Assembly (NCBI GenBank): GCA_965224085.1
Contig: CBDCYI010000011.1
Coordinates: 1,280,001 to 1,344,000, forward strand
Source of the DNA: Candidatus Marinacidobacterales bacterium
GTDB lineage: Bacteria; Acidobacteriota; Vicinamibacteria; Marinacidobacterales; SMYC01
Direction: 5' to 3'
DNA length: 64,000 bases
Positions within the stretch are counted from its first letter, which is position 1; each line of letters opens with the position of its first letter. The notes below the pieces were generated by a model that saw only the letters and a list, made by a program, of their open reading frames with translations, did not search any database and was not told the origin of the DNA. The position numbers were made by a program, and so were the translations under genes. Shown here one piece after another: positions 32,020-40,206 of the stretch.

Positions 32020-32059
32020 CTCCGCACGGCGGCCTCAACTCAGAGACCGCCGTGCAGAG
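32020..32059 (-). terminator. 17-bp stem-loop after the small peptide ORF (no U tract)
   Basis: Minus strand CTCTGCACGGCGGTCTC-tgagtt-GAGGCCGCCGTGCGGAG pairs fully with two G-U wobbles; the plus strand would have C-A mismatches. Confidence 0.65.
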
Positions 32060-32067
32060 GTAGAACT

Positions 32068-32121
32068 CTAGTCGTGGACCATCCAGCGCACACCGGCCTG
32101 GATCCGGGTTCTGACTTTCAT
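32068..32121 (-). CDS. Putative 17-aa peptide MKVRTRIQAGVRWMVHD
   Basis: Manual translation; AGGGGT RBS-like sequence upstream; strong hairpin starts 9 nt after the stop. Confidence 0.55.
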   Translation of the reverse strand: MKVRTRIQAGVRWMVHD

Positions 32122-32124
32122 AGG

Positions 32125-32377
32125 GCACCCCTACAAGTTCGGCGTCGCTGGTCGCGCAGAGGTGTCGCCGGGAGGTGCGTCGCCCCGCGCTGGACGCCGG
32201 TTTCTTGTTCTTGCCTGCCTCCCCCCAGCGCTTCAGTGGGGGGCACGGAAGCCTGGCTCCTCACAACGGCAGCCGAAGACTCCAGCCGCCGAAGTTGGTC
32301 GAGTTCCCAAGTTAGGGGGAACGCCAGCCAGTAGGGCCCGCGTTAGGGGCTAGACGAACATCTAGATTTTTGGGTAA
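32125..32377 (-). ncRNA. Candidate structured 5' leader or ncRNA
   Basis: Stem-loops at about 32350-32365, 32303-32322, 32267-32291, 32221-32243 and 32140-32199, several with minus-strand G-U pairs; promoter TTGTCG-N18-TATAGT (-10 at 32389-32384). Confidence 0.45.
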
Positions 32378-32464
32378 CAAACCACTATACCATCGGTCCG
32401 CTGTGTTCGACAAGCTCGCCAGATTCGAAGAGATTCAACAGGCGCCCCGAAAACAGGAATCGCG

Positions 32465-32491
32465 TGTGACTTTCTCGAGCTAGGAACCGAC
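32465..32491 (+). promoter_or_regulatory. Second TGTGAC-N17-CGAC candidate ECF promoter
   Basis: TGTGAC 32465-32470, CGAC 32488-32491, upstream of the pseudo-receiver gene. Confidence 0.45.
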
Positions 32492-32605
32492 TCTACAAAC
32501 GAGCAGCGACAAAGTTTAGGCGCCTTGCTGCCAGCTTGGACTTTTTTCAAAACGCGCGCTGGGGTTCGCACGACGTGTGATCGACTATCACGAAAGGCTC
32601 AATAT

Positions 32606-33349
32606 ATGGCGCACCAGGATTTTGTCCCAACGCTGCTACTCGTCGAGCGCTCCGGGAAAGAGTCCGAAAGGTACCGAACGCTAGCGAAACGCGCCGGTTT
32701 CCGAGTCTTGACGGCGAAGTCCGCACCCATGACGCGCGTCGTCGCCCAGCGCTCCCGGCCGGGTCTCGTATTGTTGTCTCCTTTGACGGGGCCGCCAGGT
32801 GCCTCGGAGATCGCGCGCAGCATCAAGGAAGACCCCAAGACGAGCGACATTCCAATCATGATCCTCGTCGATCGCGCTGGTCCACCCCTGTCCCGCGTCT
32901 ATCCGACCGAAGCGTGCGCGTCTACAGCGGCGAGTGACGAAGACCTCGTCCAAACGATGCGAGCGGTCCGCAGTCGCCGACGGACGGAGCGCCGCGAACC
33001 GGAGCCTTCGAGCCCACTCGAGGGAGATCTCGCGGACGACACCCTCCCCGGTGTGCTCGAGTTCCTGTTTGCGACCGAACGTACGGGCCGCATAGTCGTA
33101 CTCGAGGGAAGCAGACGGCCGGGACATATCTACGTCGAAGAAGGTAATGTCGTTCATGCCGAGATTGCCCAACAACGCGGTCTCGACGCGTTCAAAAGGA
33201 TGTGTTTTCTCACCCACGGCCGATTCAAATTCGAGCCCGAGTTCCGTGCGGGTGTGAGGACCATGACGGAGAACGGCATGAAGATGCTCTTGGAGAGCGC
33301 CCACCAGCGCGACGAGCTCGATCGAGCGAGGAGCGTCGCCCGCGGCTAA
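32606..33349 (+). CDS. Pseudo-receiver domain + DUF4388 protein
   Basis: REC-like fold (GFRVLTA, RPGLVLLS, IKEDPKTSDIPIMIL) lacking the acceptor Asp; DUF4388 (LEGDL..LPGVLEFL..RTG, G.VVHAE). Confidence 0.8.
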   Translation: MAHQDFVPTLLLVERSGKESERYRTLAKRAGFRVLTAKSAPMTRVVAQRSRPGLVLLSPLTGPPGASEIARSIKEDPKTSDIPIMILVDRAGPPLSRVYPTEACASTAASDEDLVQTMRAVRSRRRTERREPEPSSPLEGDLADDTLPGVLEFLFATERTGRIVVLEGSRRPGHIYVEEGNVVHAEIAQQRGLDAFKRMCFLTHGRFKFEPEFRAGVRTMTENGMKMLLESAHQRDELDRARSVARG

Positions 33350-33369
33350 GGGCTCTCAGGAAATTGTCT

Positions 33370-36141
33370 TTAATGGATCCCGGCTAGCGCCTCGATGTCG
33401 GCACGGGTCGAAGCACTCCAGCCGGAGAACGCGTCGATCACGCTCCCACGGGCGTCGAGTACGAGGGTGAGAGGAACCGTGAGCGACGAGCCGGCGAAGA
33501 TCTTCCCGAAATCAGACTCAGCGAGCGTGTAGTTGGGGTAGGAAATCTGCCGCGCCTCCAGGTAGCCTGGCACCGCGCCCGTATCGGTGTCGACGCTGAT
33601 ACCAACGAGCTCGACACCCGCCGCCTCGAGCTTCGGAAATAGTCTCTCGAGCTCGGGCATCTCCACGGCGCACGGCACACACCAAGTCGCCCAGAAGTTG
33701 ACGAGCATCTTTCGCCCGGAAATACCGAGAGCAGCCCTCGGGTTTGCGCCGACGGACGTGAGCGCGAGCTCTGGAAACGACTCGCCAACGCCTACCGCCA
33801 GGGTCTTGAAGAGCCTTTCCGATGGCGTTCGCGGCCGGGGCAGCTCCAGCCGGTCGAGATCGAGCTCTGAGAGGCCTTCACCCTCGACGAGACGCACGCT
33901 CTCGCCGCTGTGAACGTCGTAGCGCTCTTCGAGCCCCGACGGCCAAAGCACCGATAGCGGATAGGGTCCATCGGGTGCGTTGGGCCCGAGCCCAAAAAGA
34001 AGGCGCGCGTCGCTAAAGGAGAGAAAGCCGCTCCCACCGGATTTGATTTTCGTCTGCGTCCCGCGCGACGTTTCGAGCTTCACGACCGCGCCAAAGGCGT
34101 CGGACGCTGATCGGGTCCCGCGAAGGGTAACGCGCACGAAATCGTTGTCCTGGCCCACGTTGTTGCGATAGACGAGACGGGCGGTCTCTTGCACGGGCAC
34201 GATCACGACATCGAGATCCCCGTCATTGTCGAGATCGCCAAAGGCAAGACCGCGTCCATCGCTGATGGAATCGAGGCCGGAGACACCGGAGACGTTTATA
34301 TAGGTGCCGTCGCCTTGGGCCAGGTAGAGCGCGTCGCGCTCGAATCCGCTGAAAGACATCCCCTCCTCGAACAGCTGCGCCATGTGCTCGTTCTGATAGG
34401 TGCTGTTGCCTGCCTTCTCCTGCTCGCTCGCGGACGCCACGACGTGGCGCCAGAAGAGGCTTCACGTGTCCTTCATCGTCTTGCCCGAGACGAAGCCGTT
34501 CACCGAGAACGCGTCCTCCCAGCCGTCATTGTCGAAATCGAAAAAACCCCCGCCATAGGCCCAACCGGCGCCGAAGCCGCCCGCCGCCGAGGCGACGTTC
34601 ACGAACGTGCCATCGCCCTGGTTCTCGAAAAGCGAGTTCCCTGCGGCAAGCTTTTTCAACAGCGCGGTATCTGCAGTTGCAGTGGCATCGGGCATGAGAC
34701 GAGCGAGAATGCGATTACCCGCGGTGGAGGACATGTTCGTAACGTGGAGGTCCAGGTCGCCATCGTTGTCATAGTCGCCGAACGACACCCCCATACCGTT
34801 TCCAGGATCCACCGCACCGCGTAGGGCGGCCTCGTCTTCGAAATCGTCACCTCGATTCATGAAGAGCGCGTTTTCTCCGAAATCGTTGGCGACATAGAGA
34901 TCTTGGCGCCCATCGCCGTCGACATCGGCGAACGCTGCGGCGTAGCTCCACCGACGATCGGCCACGCGCCGCGAGCGCGCCTCTTCGCGAAACGTGCCGT
35001 CGCCCTGATTGATGAAGAGCAAGTTCGGCGTACCGTTTTCAGCCCGGCTCCACGAGTCCGGCATGATCTGCCCGTAGAGATTGTAGGAGCTCACATAGAG
35101 GTCCGTATAGCCATCTCCGTTCACATCCGCCGCGGACGTGCTGAAGCCCACCGCACGATGGTCGACACCCGCCTCCACCGAGACATCGAGAAACTCTAGC
35201 TTTCCCGAAGGCCGCAGCTGGTTTTGTAGCAGAATCTGCTCGCCAACAGCCGCCATGAAGATGTCCCGATCTCCATCGTTGTCGTAGTCGACTAGGAGCG
35301 TCCCCGTACCTCTGCGGCTGAAGAGAACGAGCGTCTCGTCGGAAACGTCGCGAAAGGTCGAGCCACTATCGAGCGTGTTCAAAAAGAGGCGGTTTCCGAG
35401 AACGCCGCTCGTGAAGAGATCGGCGCGTCCGTCGCCATCGACATCGCCAATCGCCGCGCCATGGGCCACGAAGCCATCGTTCGGCGCGACCCCGAACCGT
35501 GGGACGTTCTCCCAGAGGCCCAAAGGTTCGCTCACCTCAGAGAACAGATCTTGCCGCGAGATGAGTGAATCGAGGTTCTGGAATCGCCAATAGTCGACGA
35601 CCCACCGCTCCTCGGGACCGAGGTGCACGCGGGCTTCGATATTGCCTCGCACCCACTCGCGATGACCCGCAGGATCACGTCCGATAAGAAAGAAGAAGAC
35701 AGAGGCCTGACCGCGGACCGGCTGAGAGAGCTCGAAGTCGGCCTTTATGACTTTGAAGCGAACATCTTCGAGGTGCGTGAAATGAGCGAGAAAGCCTTCG
35801 AGGCTCGCAAGGAACACTTCGCGCCCGACGGGCCGAGCCTCGCGATCGAGCTCCCACCCATGACTCTCGATCCACTTGACGACACGGAGGCTAGGCCCGG
35901 CTTTGGAGGGAAAGAGAGTGGCTTCGAACGGTTTGCGCTCGCCGAAGCTCGCTGCGACTTGGGCGAGGTCCTGCCCGCGCAAAGACACGGAAAGCTCGAG
36001 AAGCTGATTGGCGAGCGATTCGGACAGGTCTTCCACGCGCTCCAATTGGGCGCGGTCGAGCTCGATGGGCTGCGCCGATGCCGAGAGCGCGACACCAGCA
36101 AAAAACCACGCGAGCACACACGACCCTACCCTGCGCATCAC
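33370..36141 (-). CDS. Secreted FG-GAP/CRTAC1-like, ASPIC-UnbV, TlpA-thioredoxin fusion; putative selenoprotein (in-frame UGA 34462-34464), 923 aa
   Basis: FG-GAP repeats (GDVDGDG, DYDNDGD, DFDNDGWED) continue past the stop (GDLDNDGDLD); junction KDT*SLFWRHVVAS is in frame; ASPIC-UnbV region; NFWATWCVPC..EMP. If not read through, it is two ORFs. Confidence 0.8.
34433..34451 (-). promoter_or_regulatory. Bacterial SECIS-like hairpin
   Basis: GGCGCCAC-GUC-GUGGCGUC: 8-bp stem from +11 after UGA, apical loop at +19 starting with G. Confidence 0.65.
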
Positions 36142-36192
36142 TCAGAATAGCGGCAAGAATCGATCCCCGCAAGAGCACCCAGCAGAGGGGGC

Positions 36193-37986
36193 TCAGCGTT
36201 TCGCAGGAGCCAGCTTCCGCAGCTCCTCTCCCAGAAAGGCGGAGACCTCTTTCACCGTGGCGAGACGGAGAGCTTCTTCCGCAATGGCCCGGGCTTCGCT
36301 TGCGGACAACCGCCGGATCAAGTTTTTGACGGTCGGGATCGAGACCGCGTTCATCGAGAGCTCATCGAGGCCAAAGCCGACGAGGAGTGTTATGAGGAGC
36401 GGATCCGCTGCCATCTCGCCGCACATACCGACTTTGATCCCACCTTCATGCGCGGAGTCGATGACGAAGCGGAGGGTTCGGAGAACGGCGGGATGAAGCG
36501 GCTCGTAGAGATACGACACCCGGTCGTTGCCGCGATCGACGCCAAGCAGATATTGGATCAGATCGTTGGTGCCAATGCTGAAAAACGCCGCCTCTTTCGC
36601 GAGAAGGTCCGCCGTCGCCGCCGCCGAGGGCACTTCGAGCGTCACGCCGCAGGGCAACTCGTCGCTGAAATCGAGCCCGTCGCGCCGAAGCTCGTGCTTC
36701 GCCTGTTCGACAACGCTCATCGCCTCGCGGAACTCACCGACACCACTCACCATTGGAAACATCACTTTGATGTTCCCATGGACCCTGGCGCGCCACAGTG
36801 CGCGGAGCTGTTCTTTGAACAACGTCCGATGCCTGAGCAATAATCGCACCGCTCGCAGTCCGAGCGCCGGATTGGCCTCGGAGCCAGAAACGTCGTCTCC
36901 CAGTTGCTCAGCGGAGAGATCGAAAGCACGCACGATGACGGACCACGGCTTCATCCGCTCCGCCATCTTGCGATAGACGACATATTGCTCCTCTTCGCCC
37001 GGAAACGCTCCGCGGCTTCTGGTGAGAAACCACTCCGAGCGAAAAAGACCAATGCCTTGCGCGCCGTTTTTCTCCGCCGAAGTGCACTCCTCGGGAAACT
37101 CGATATTGGCTTGAAGCACGACTTCGAAGCCGTCCGTCGTCTCCGCGGGCAAATCGCGCAAATGCTCGAGCTTCTGCCCGAGCGCTTTCTCACGGCGCCG
37201 CTTCGCACGGTATTCCCGCAGCGTCCCGCGATCGGGGTTGACCACGATGATCCCTTCGCTTCCGTCGAGGATGAGAGGCGCTCCGTGGTCGACTTTCTTC
37301 ATTAGATCCCGAACCCCGACGACACAGGGAATGCCAAGGGAACGGGCAATGATGGCGGTATGGTAGGTGCGGCTTCCGACTTCCATGCCGAGGCCCGCCG
37401 TGTGGTCCCAGTCGAGCTGCGCCGTATCGGACGGCCGCACGTTCTCGGCGAGGAGGATGTAATCCCTCTCCAGCTTTACGAGACTCCGGTTAGGCGCACC
37501 AGCGATATTGCGCACGAGCCGTCCGGCGACGTCGAAGATATCGCCGCGCCGCGCCCGGAAGTAATCGTCTTCCACACGATCGAAAACCGAGGCGAGCTCC
37601 TCGAGCGTGACCTTCACCGCCCATTCGGCGTTCACGCGCTGCTCGCGGATCACTTGCTCGACCCGCCCGATGAGAAGCGGGTCGTCCAGCATGAGGATTT
37701 GGGCATCGACGATATAACCATGATCTTCACCCAAAGCATCGACCGTGCGCGCTTTGACGGCTTCGAGCTGTTTCTTCGTGAGCTCCGTGGCGTTTTCGAG
37801 CCGCGCGACCTCAGGCTTCACCTCCTGGCGCCCTAGGGGGATGCGAAAGAACGGGACTTCTTGGTAGTCGAAAACGAGCGCGCGGGCGATGACGATTCCT
37901 GGAGCGACGCCGATGCCGTGCAGGACCAGGGGCTCTGGCCGGTCGGCACGGTCCAGAGGCGGTGACGTCGGCGCGCTCGTCGTCAT
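36193..37986 (-). CDS. ptsI: PTS enzyme I
   Basis: GSRTYHTAIIARSLGIP, GIGLFRSE, EANPALGLRA, SIGTNDLIQY, GMCGEMA. Confidence 0.96.
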   Translation of the reverse strand: MTTSAPTSPPLDRADRPEPLVLHGIGVAPGIVIARALVFDYQEVPFFRIPLGRQEVKPEVARLENATELTKKQLEAVKARTVDALGEDHGYIVDAQILMLDDPLLIGRVEQVIREQRVNAEWAVKVTLEELASVFDRVEDDYFRARRGDIFDVAGRLVRNIAGAPNRSLVKLERDYILLAENVRPSDTAQLDWDHTAGLGMEVGSRTYHTAIIARSLGIPCVVGVRDLMKKVDHGAPLILDGSEGIIVVNPDRGTLREYRAKRRREKALGQKLEHLRDLPAETTDGFEVVLQANIEFPEECTSAEKNGAQGIGLFRSEWFLTRSRGAFPGEEEQYVVYRKMAERMKPWSVIVRAFDLSAEQLGDDVSGSEANPALGLRAVRLLLRHRTLFKEQLRALWRARVHGNIKVMFPMVSGVGEFREAMSVVEQAKHELRRDGLDFSDELPCGVTLEVPSAAATADLLAKEAAFFSIGTNDLIQYLLGVDRGNDRVSYLYEPLHPAVLRTLRFVIDSAHEGGIKVGMCGEMAADPLLITLLVGFGLDELSMNAVSIPTVKNLIRRLSASEARAIAEEALRLATVKEVSAFLGEELRKLAPAKR

Positions 37987-38258
37987 CCGGTCCTCTTTTC
38001 GCCGAGCCCTTCCGAGACGAGCGTCACGAGCGCGTTCACCGCAGCTTCCTCGTCCTCGCCGGTCGCGGAAATGGTGATGACGCTGCCTACTGCCGCTACG
38101 AGAAATAGTATGCCGAGGATACTCTTGCCGTCCGTCGTTGTTCCGTCTTTCGTAATGGTGACTTTCGAGCGGAACTTCGTGGCGGTCCGCACGAACCGAG
38201 CCGCGGGCCTCGCATGAAGGCCGAGAACATTTACGATCTCGACGCGTCGTTCAACCAC
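37983..38258 (-). CDS. ptsH: Phosphocarrier HPr
   Basis: GLHARPAA (His15) and GKSILGIL (Ser46); GTG start 38258. Confidence 0.94.
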   Translation of the reverse strand: MVERRVEIVNVLGLHARPAARFVRTATKFRSKVTITKDGTTTDGKSILGILFLVAAVGSVITISATGEDEEAAVNALVTLVSEGLGEKRTG

Positions 38259-38691
38259 TCTCGGCGTCCTGCTCTTTCTTTTCCTTCCGCGCCAGCAGAT
38301 CGCCAGCAAGGTAGATACTGTCTTTACCTTCTCGCGCCGCTTCGGAGGCGAGCTCCAAGAGGCCGTCCCCCTCTTCCTCTTCGCGAAGGCTCGCGAGTCG
38401 TATGAGCATTGGCAGGTTCACACCCGTCACGACCTCGACCCGACTTTTCTCGAGAAAGGTCAAGCTCAAATTCGAGGGCGTGCCACCGAACATGTCGGTG
38501 AGGACGACGGTGCCTTTGCCAGAATCGGCGCGCAGGATGGCTTCCTCGATCTCTCTTTGCGCATCGTCCGGGCTCTCGTGCCAGCCGATGGAGACCGCGG
38601 TCACGTTCGGAATTTCCCCGATGATCATCTCGGCCGCCGAGACGAGTTCGCGCGCGAGCTGGCCATGGGTAACGACCACGATGCCGATCAC
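38251..38691 (-). CDS. PTS EIIA, mannose/fructose type
   Basis: MIGIVVVTHG, LTDMFGGTPSN, GVNLPML. Confidence 0.93.
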   Translation of the reverse strand: MIGIVVVTHGQLARELVSAAEMIIGEIPNVTAVSIGWHESPDDAQREIEEAILRADSGKGTVVLTDMFGGTPSNLSLTFLEKSRVEVVTGVNLPMLIRLASLREEEEGDGLLELASEAAREGKDSIYLAGDLLARKEKKEQDAESG

Positions 38692-39573
38692 TCAGACGGT
38701 CTCCACATCTCTATGCGAGATCCGCACACGCTGACGGGCGCTCTCGAGTCGCTTGCCGATATGGTTCGAAATCGCCACTGAACGATGTCTACCACCGGTG
38801 CACCCAATGCCAATCGTAAGATTGCTCTTGCCCTCCGCCGCGTAGTGCGGCAGCAGATAGTCGAGAAAGGACGAGAGCCGGTCGAGAAACTCCTCTGTCT
38901 GCGGTTGCGCGAAAAGAAAGGACTCCACCTCCGCGTCGCTCCCCGTCTTCTCTCGGAGATCCGTCTCGAAGTATGGATTGGGAAGAAAGCGCACGTCAAA
39001 CAAGAGGTCCGCACCCAAAGGAATGCCGTTCTTATAGCCGAAGGACAAAACGTGAATCGCCGGCCCCGCGCGCTCCGCAGTGTCGACAAAGCTCTCGAGC
39101 ACGTGTTGACGAAGCTCGTGGACCGTCAAGTTCGACGTATCCACGATCCGATCCGCGATCTTCCGAATCGGCGCGAGCTCTGCCTCTTCCCGCTGAACCG
39201 CGTCCTCCAGTGTGTCTACGTCACCATCGCCTTGAAGCGGATGCGGGCGGCGGCTCTCGCTGAAACGCCTGACAAGGACGTCGTTACGCGCCAGTAAAAA
39301 GATGACTGTCGTGGGAAAGCCGCGCTCTTTGAGCTGTTCATGCGCTTCGGGAAAATCTTCGAGAAAGCCTCGTTCCCTGATGTCAGTGACGATGGCGACG
39401 CGGTCGATCTCGCCGCCTTTCGCGGTGAGCTCGGCGAAGGGCAAGATGAGCTTCGCCGGCAGGTTGTCGACGCAGAAAAAGCCCGTATCTTCGAGCGCTT
39501 TCATCGCCAGGGTCTTCCCGGAGCCGGAAAGCCCGGTAATAAAAACGAATCGCGCTCGCGCTGGCTGCGACAT
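38692..39573 (-). CDS. rapZ: RNase adapter RapZ
   Basis: ITGLSGSGK, CVDNLP, RRPHPL, SFGYK.G, DVRFLPNP, GCTGGRHRSV. Confidence 0.96.
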   Translation of the reverse strand: MSQPARARFVFITGLSGSGKTLAMKALEDTGFFCVDNLPAKLILPFAELTAKGGEIDRVAIVTDIRERGFLEDFPEAHEQLKERGFPTTVIFLLARNDVLVRRFSESRRPHPLQGDGDVDTLEDAVQREEAELAPIRKIADRIVDTSNLTVHELRQHVLESFVDTAERAGPAIHVLSFGYKNGIPLGADLLFDVRFLPNPYFETDLREKTGSDAEVESFLFAQPQTEEFLDRLSSFLDYLLPHYAAEGKSNLTIGIGCTGGRHRSVAISNHIGKRLESARQRVRISHRDVETV

Positions 39574-39608
39574 TCAACCGGTCCACATGGGGCTTGTGGT
39601 CGCGCGGC

Positions 39609-40154
39609 TTACTCCGGGTCGATCAGCCCCAGATTCCCGTCGGGCCTCTGATAGAGAACGTTGGTGCGATCGTTGCTGGCATTTTTGAAGACGAGAAACT
39701 CCCCGCCACCCTCTTCGAGTGCTAACACCGCCTCTTCGACCGTCATCGGTTTGATGAGGAAGCGCCGGCTCTCGATCACATTCCGCGACTCCGGGCCCGA
39801 GCCCTCGCCGCCGGCGAGAACGTTCAACGTGCCCTGACCATCACTCTTTGGAGCGCGCCGTCGTTTCTTGTCGATGCGCTTGGCGCGGTGCTTTTTCGCT
39901 TGACCTTGAATCTTTTCGAGCGCCTTGGTTACCGAGGACTTCAAGTCATCGGTCGCTTCGGTCGCAGACATATGGACGCCCCCACGACTATGAACGTTGA
40001 GCTCGGCAATCTGGCGATACTTTTCCGTCGACAGAGTGACACGGACATCGGTGATGCCATCGATAAATTTGTCAAGCTTTTCCACGCGATTCTCGATATA
40101 GGACTTCAACTTCGGTGGCACATCCATATGCCGAGCCGTGATTTGAATCAACAT
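39609..40154 (-). CDS. hpf: Ribosome hibernation factor, long HPF
   Basis: IQITARHMD N-domain; KPMTVEEA, FLVFKN, NVLYQRPDGNLGLI C-domain. Confidence 0.92.
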   Translation of the reverse strand: MLIQITARHMDVPPKLKSYIENRVEKLDKFIDGITDVRVTLSTEKYRQIAELNVHSRGGVHMSATEATDDLKSSVTKALEKIQGQAKKHRAKRIDKKRRRAPKSDGQGTLNVLAGGEGSGPESRNVIESRRFLIKPMTVEEAVLALEEGGGEFLVFKNASNDRTNVLYQRPDGNLGLIDPE

Positions 40155-40206
40155 GGCGCACTCCGACGACCGGAGCGAACGCGCGCGACGAGCATGGATG
40201 GTCGTG

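Noticed and set aside
32068-32121. MKVR.. start resembling ribosomal protein L36 (rpmJ)
   Set aside because: Only 17 aa, without the L36 Cys/His pattern or KQRQG end.
32200-32350. Known riboswitch (c-di-AMP, c-di-GMP, cobalamin)
   Set aside because: Conserved cores could not be matched by eye; kept only as an unknown structured RNA.
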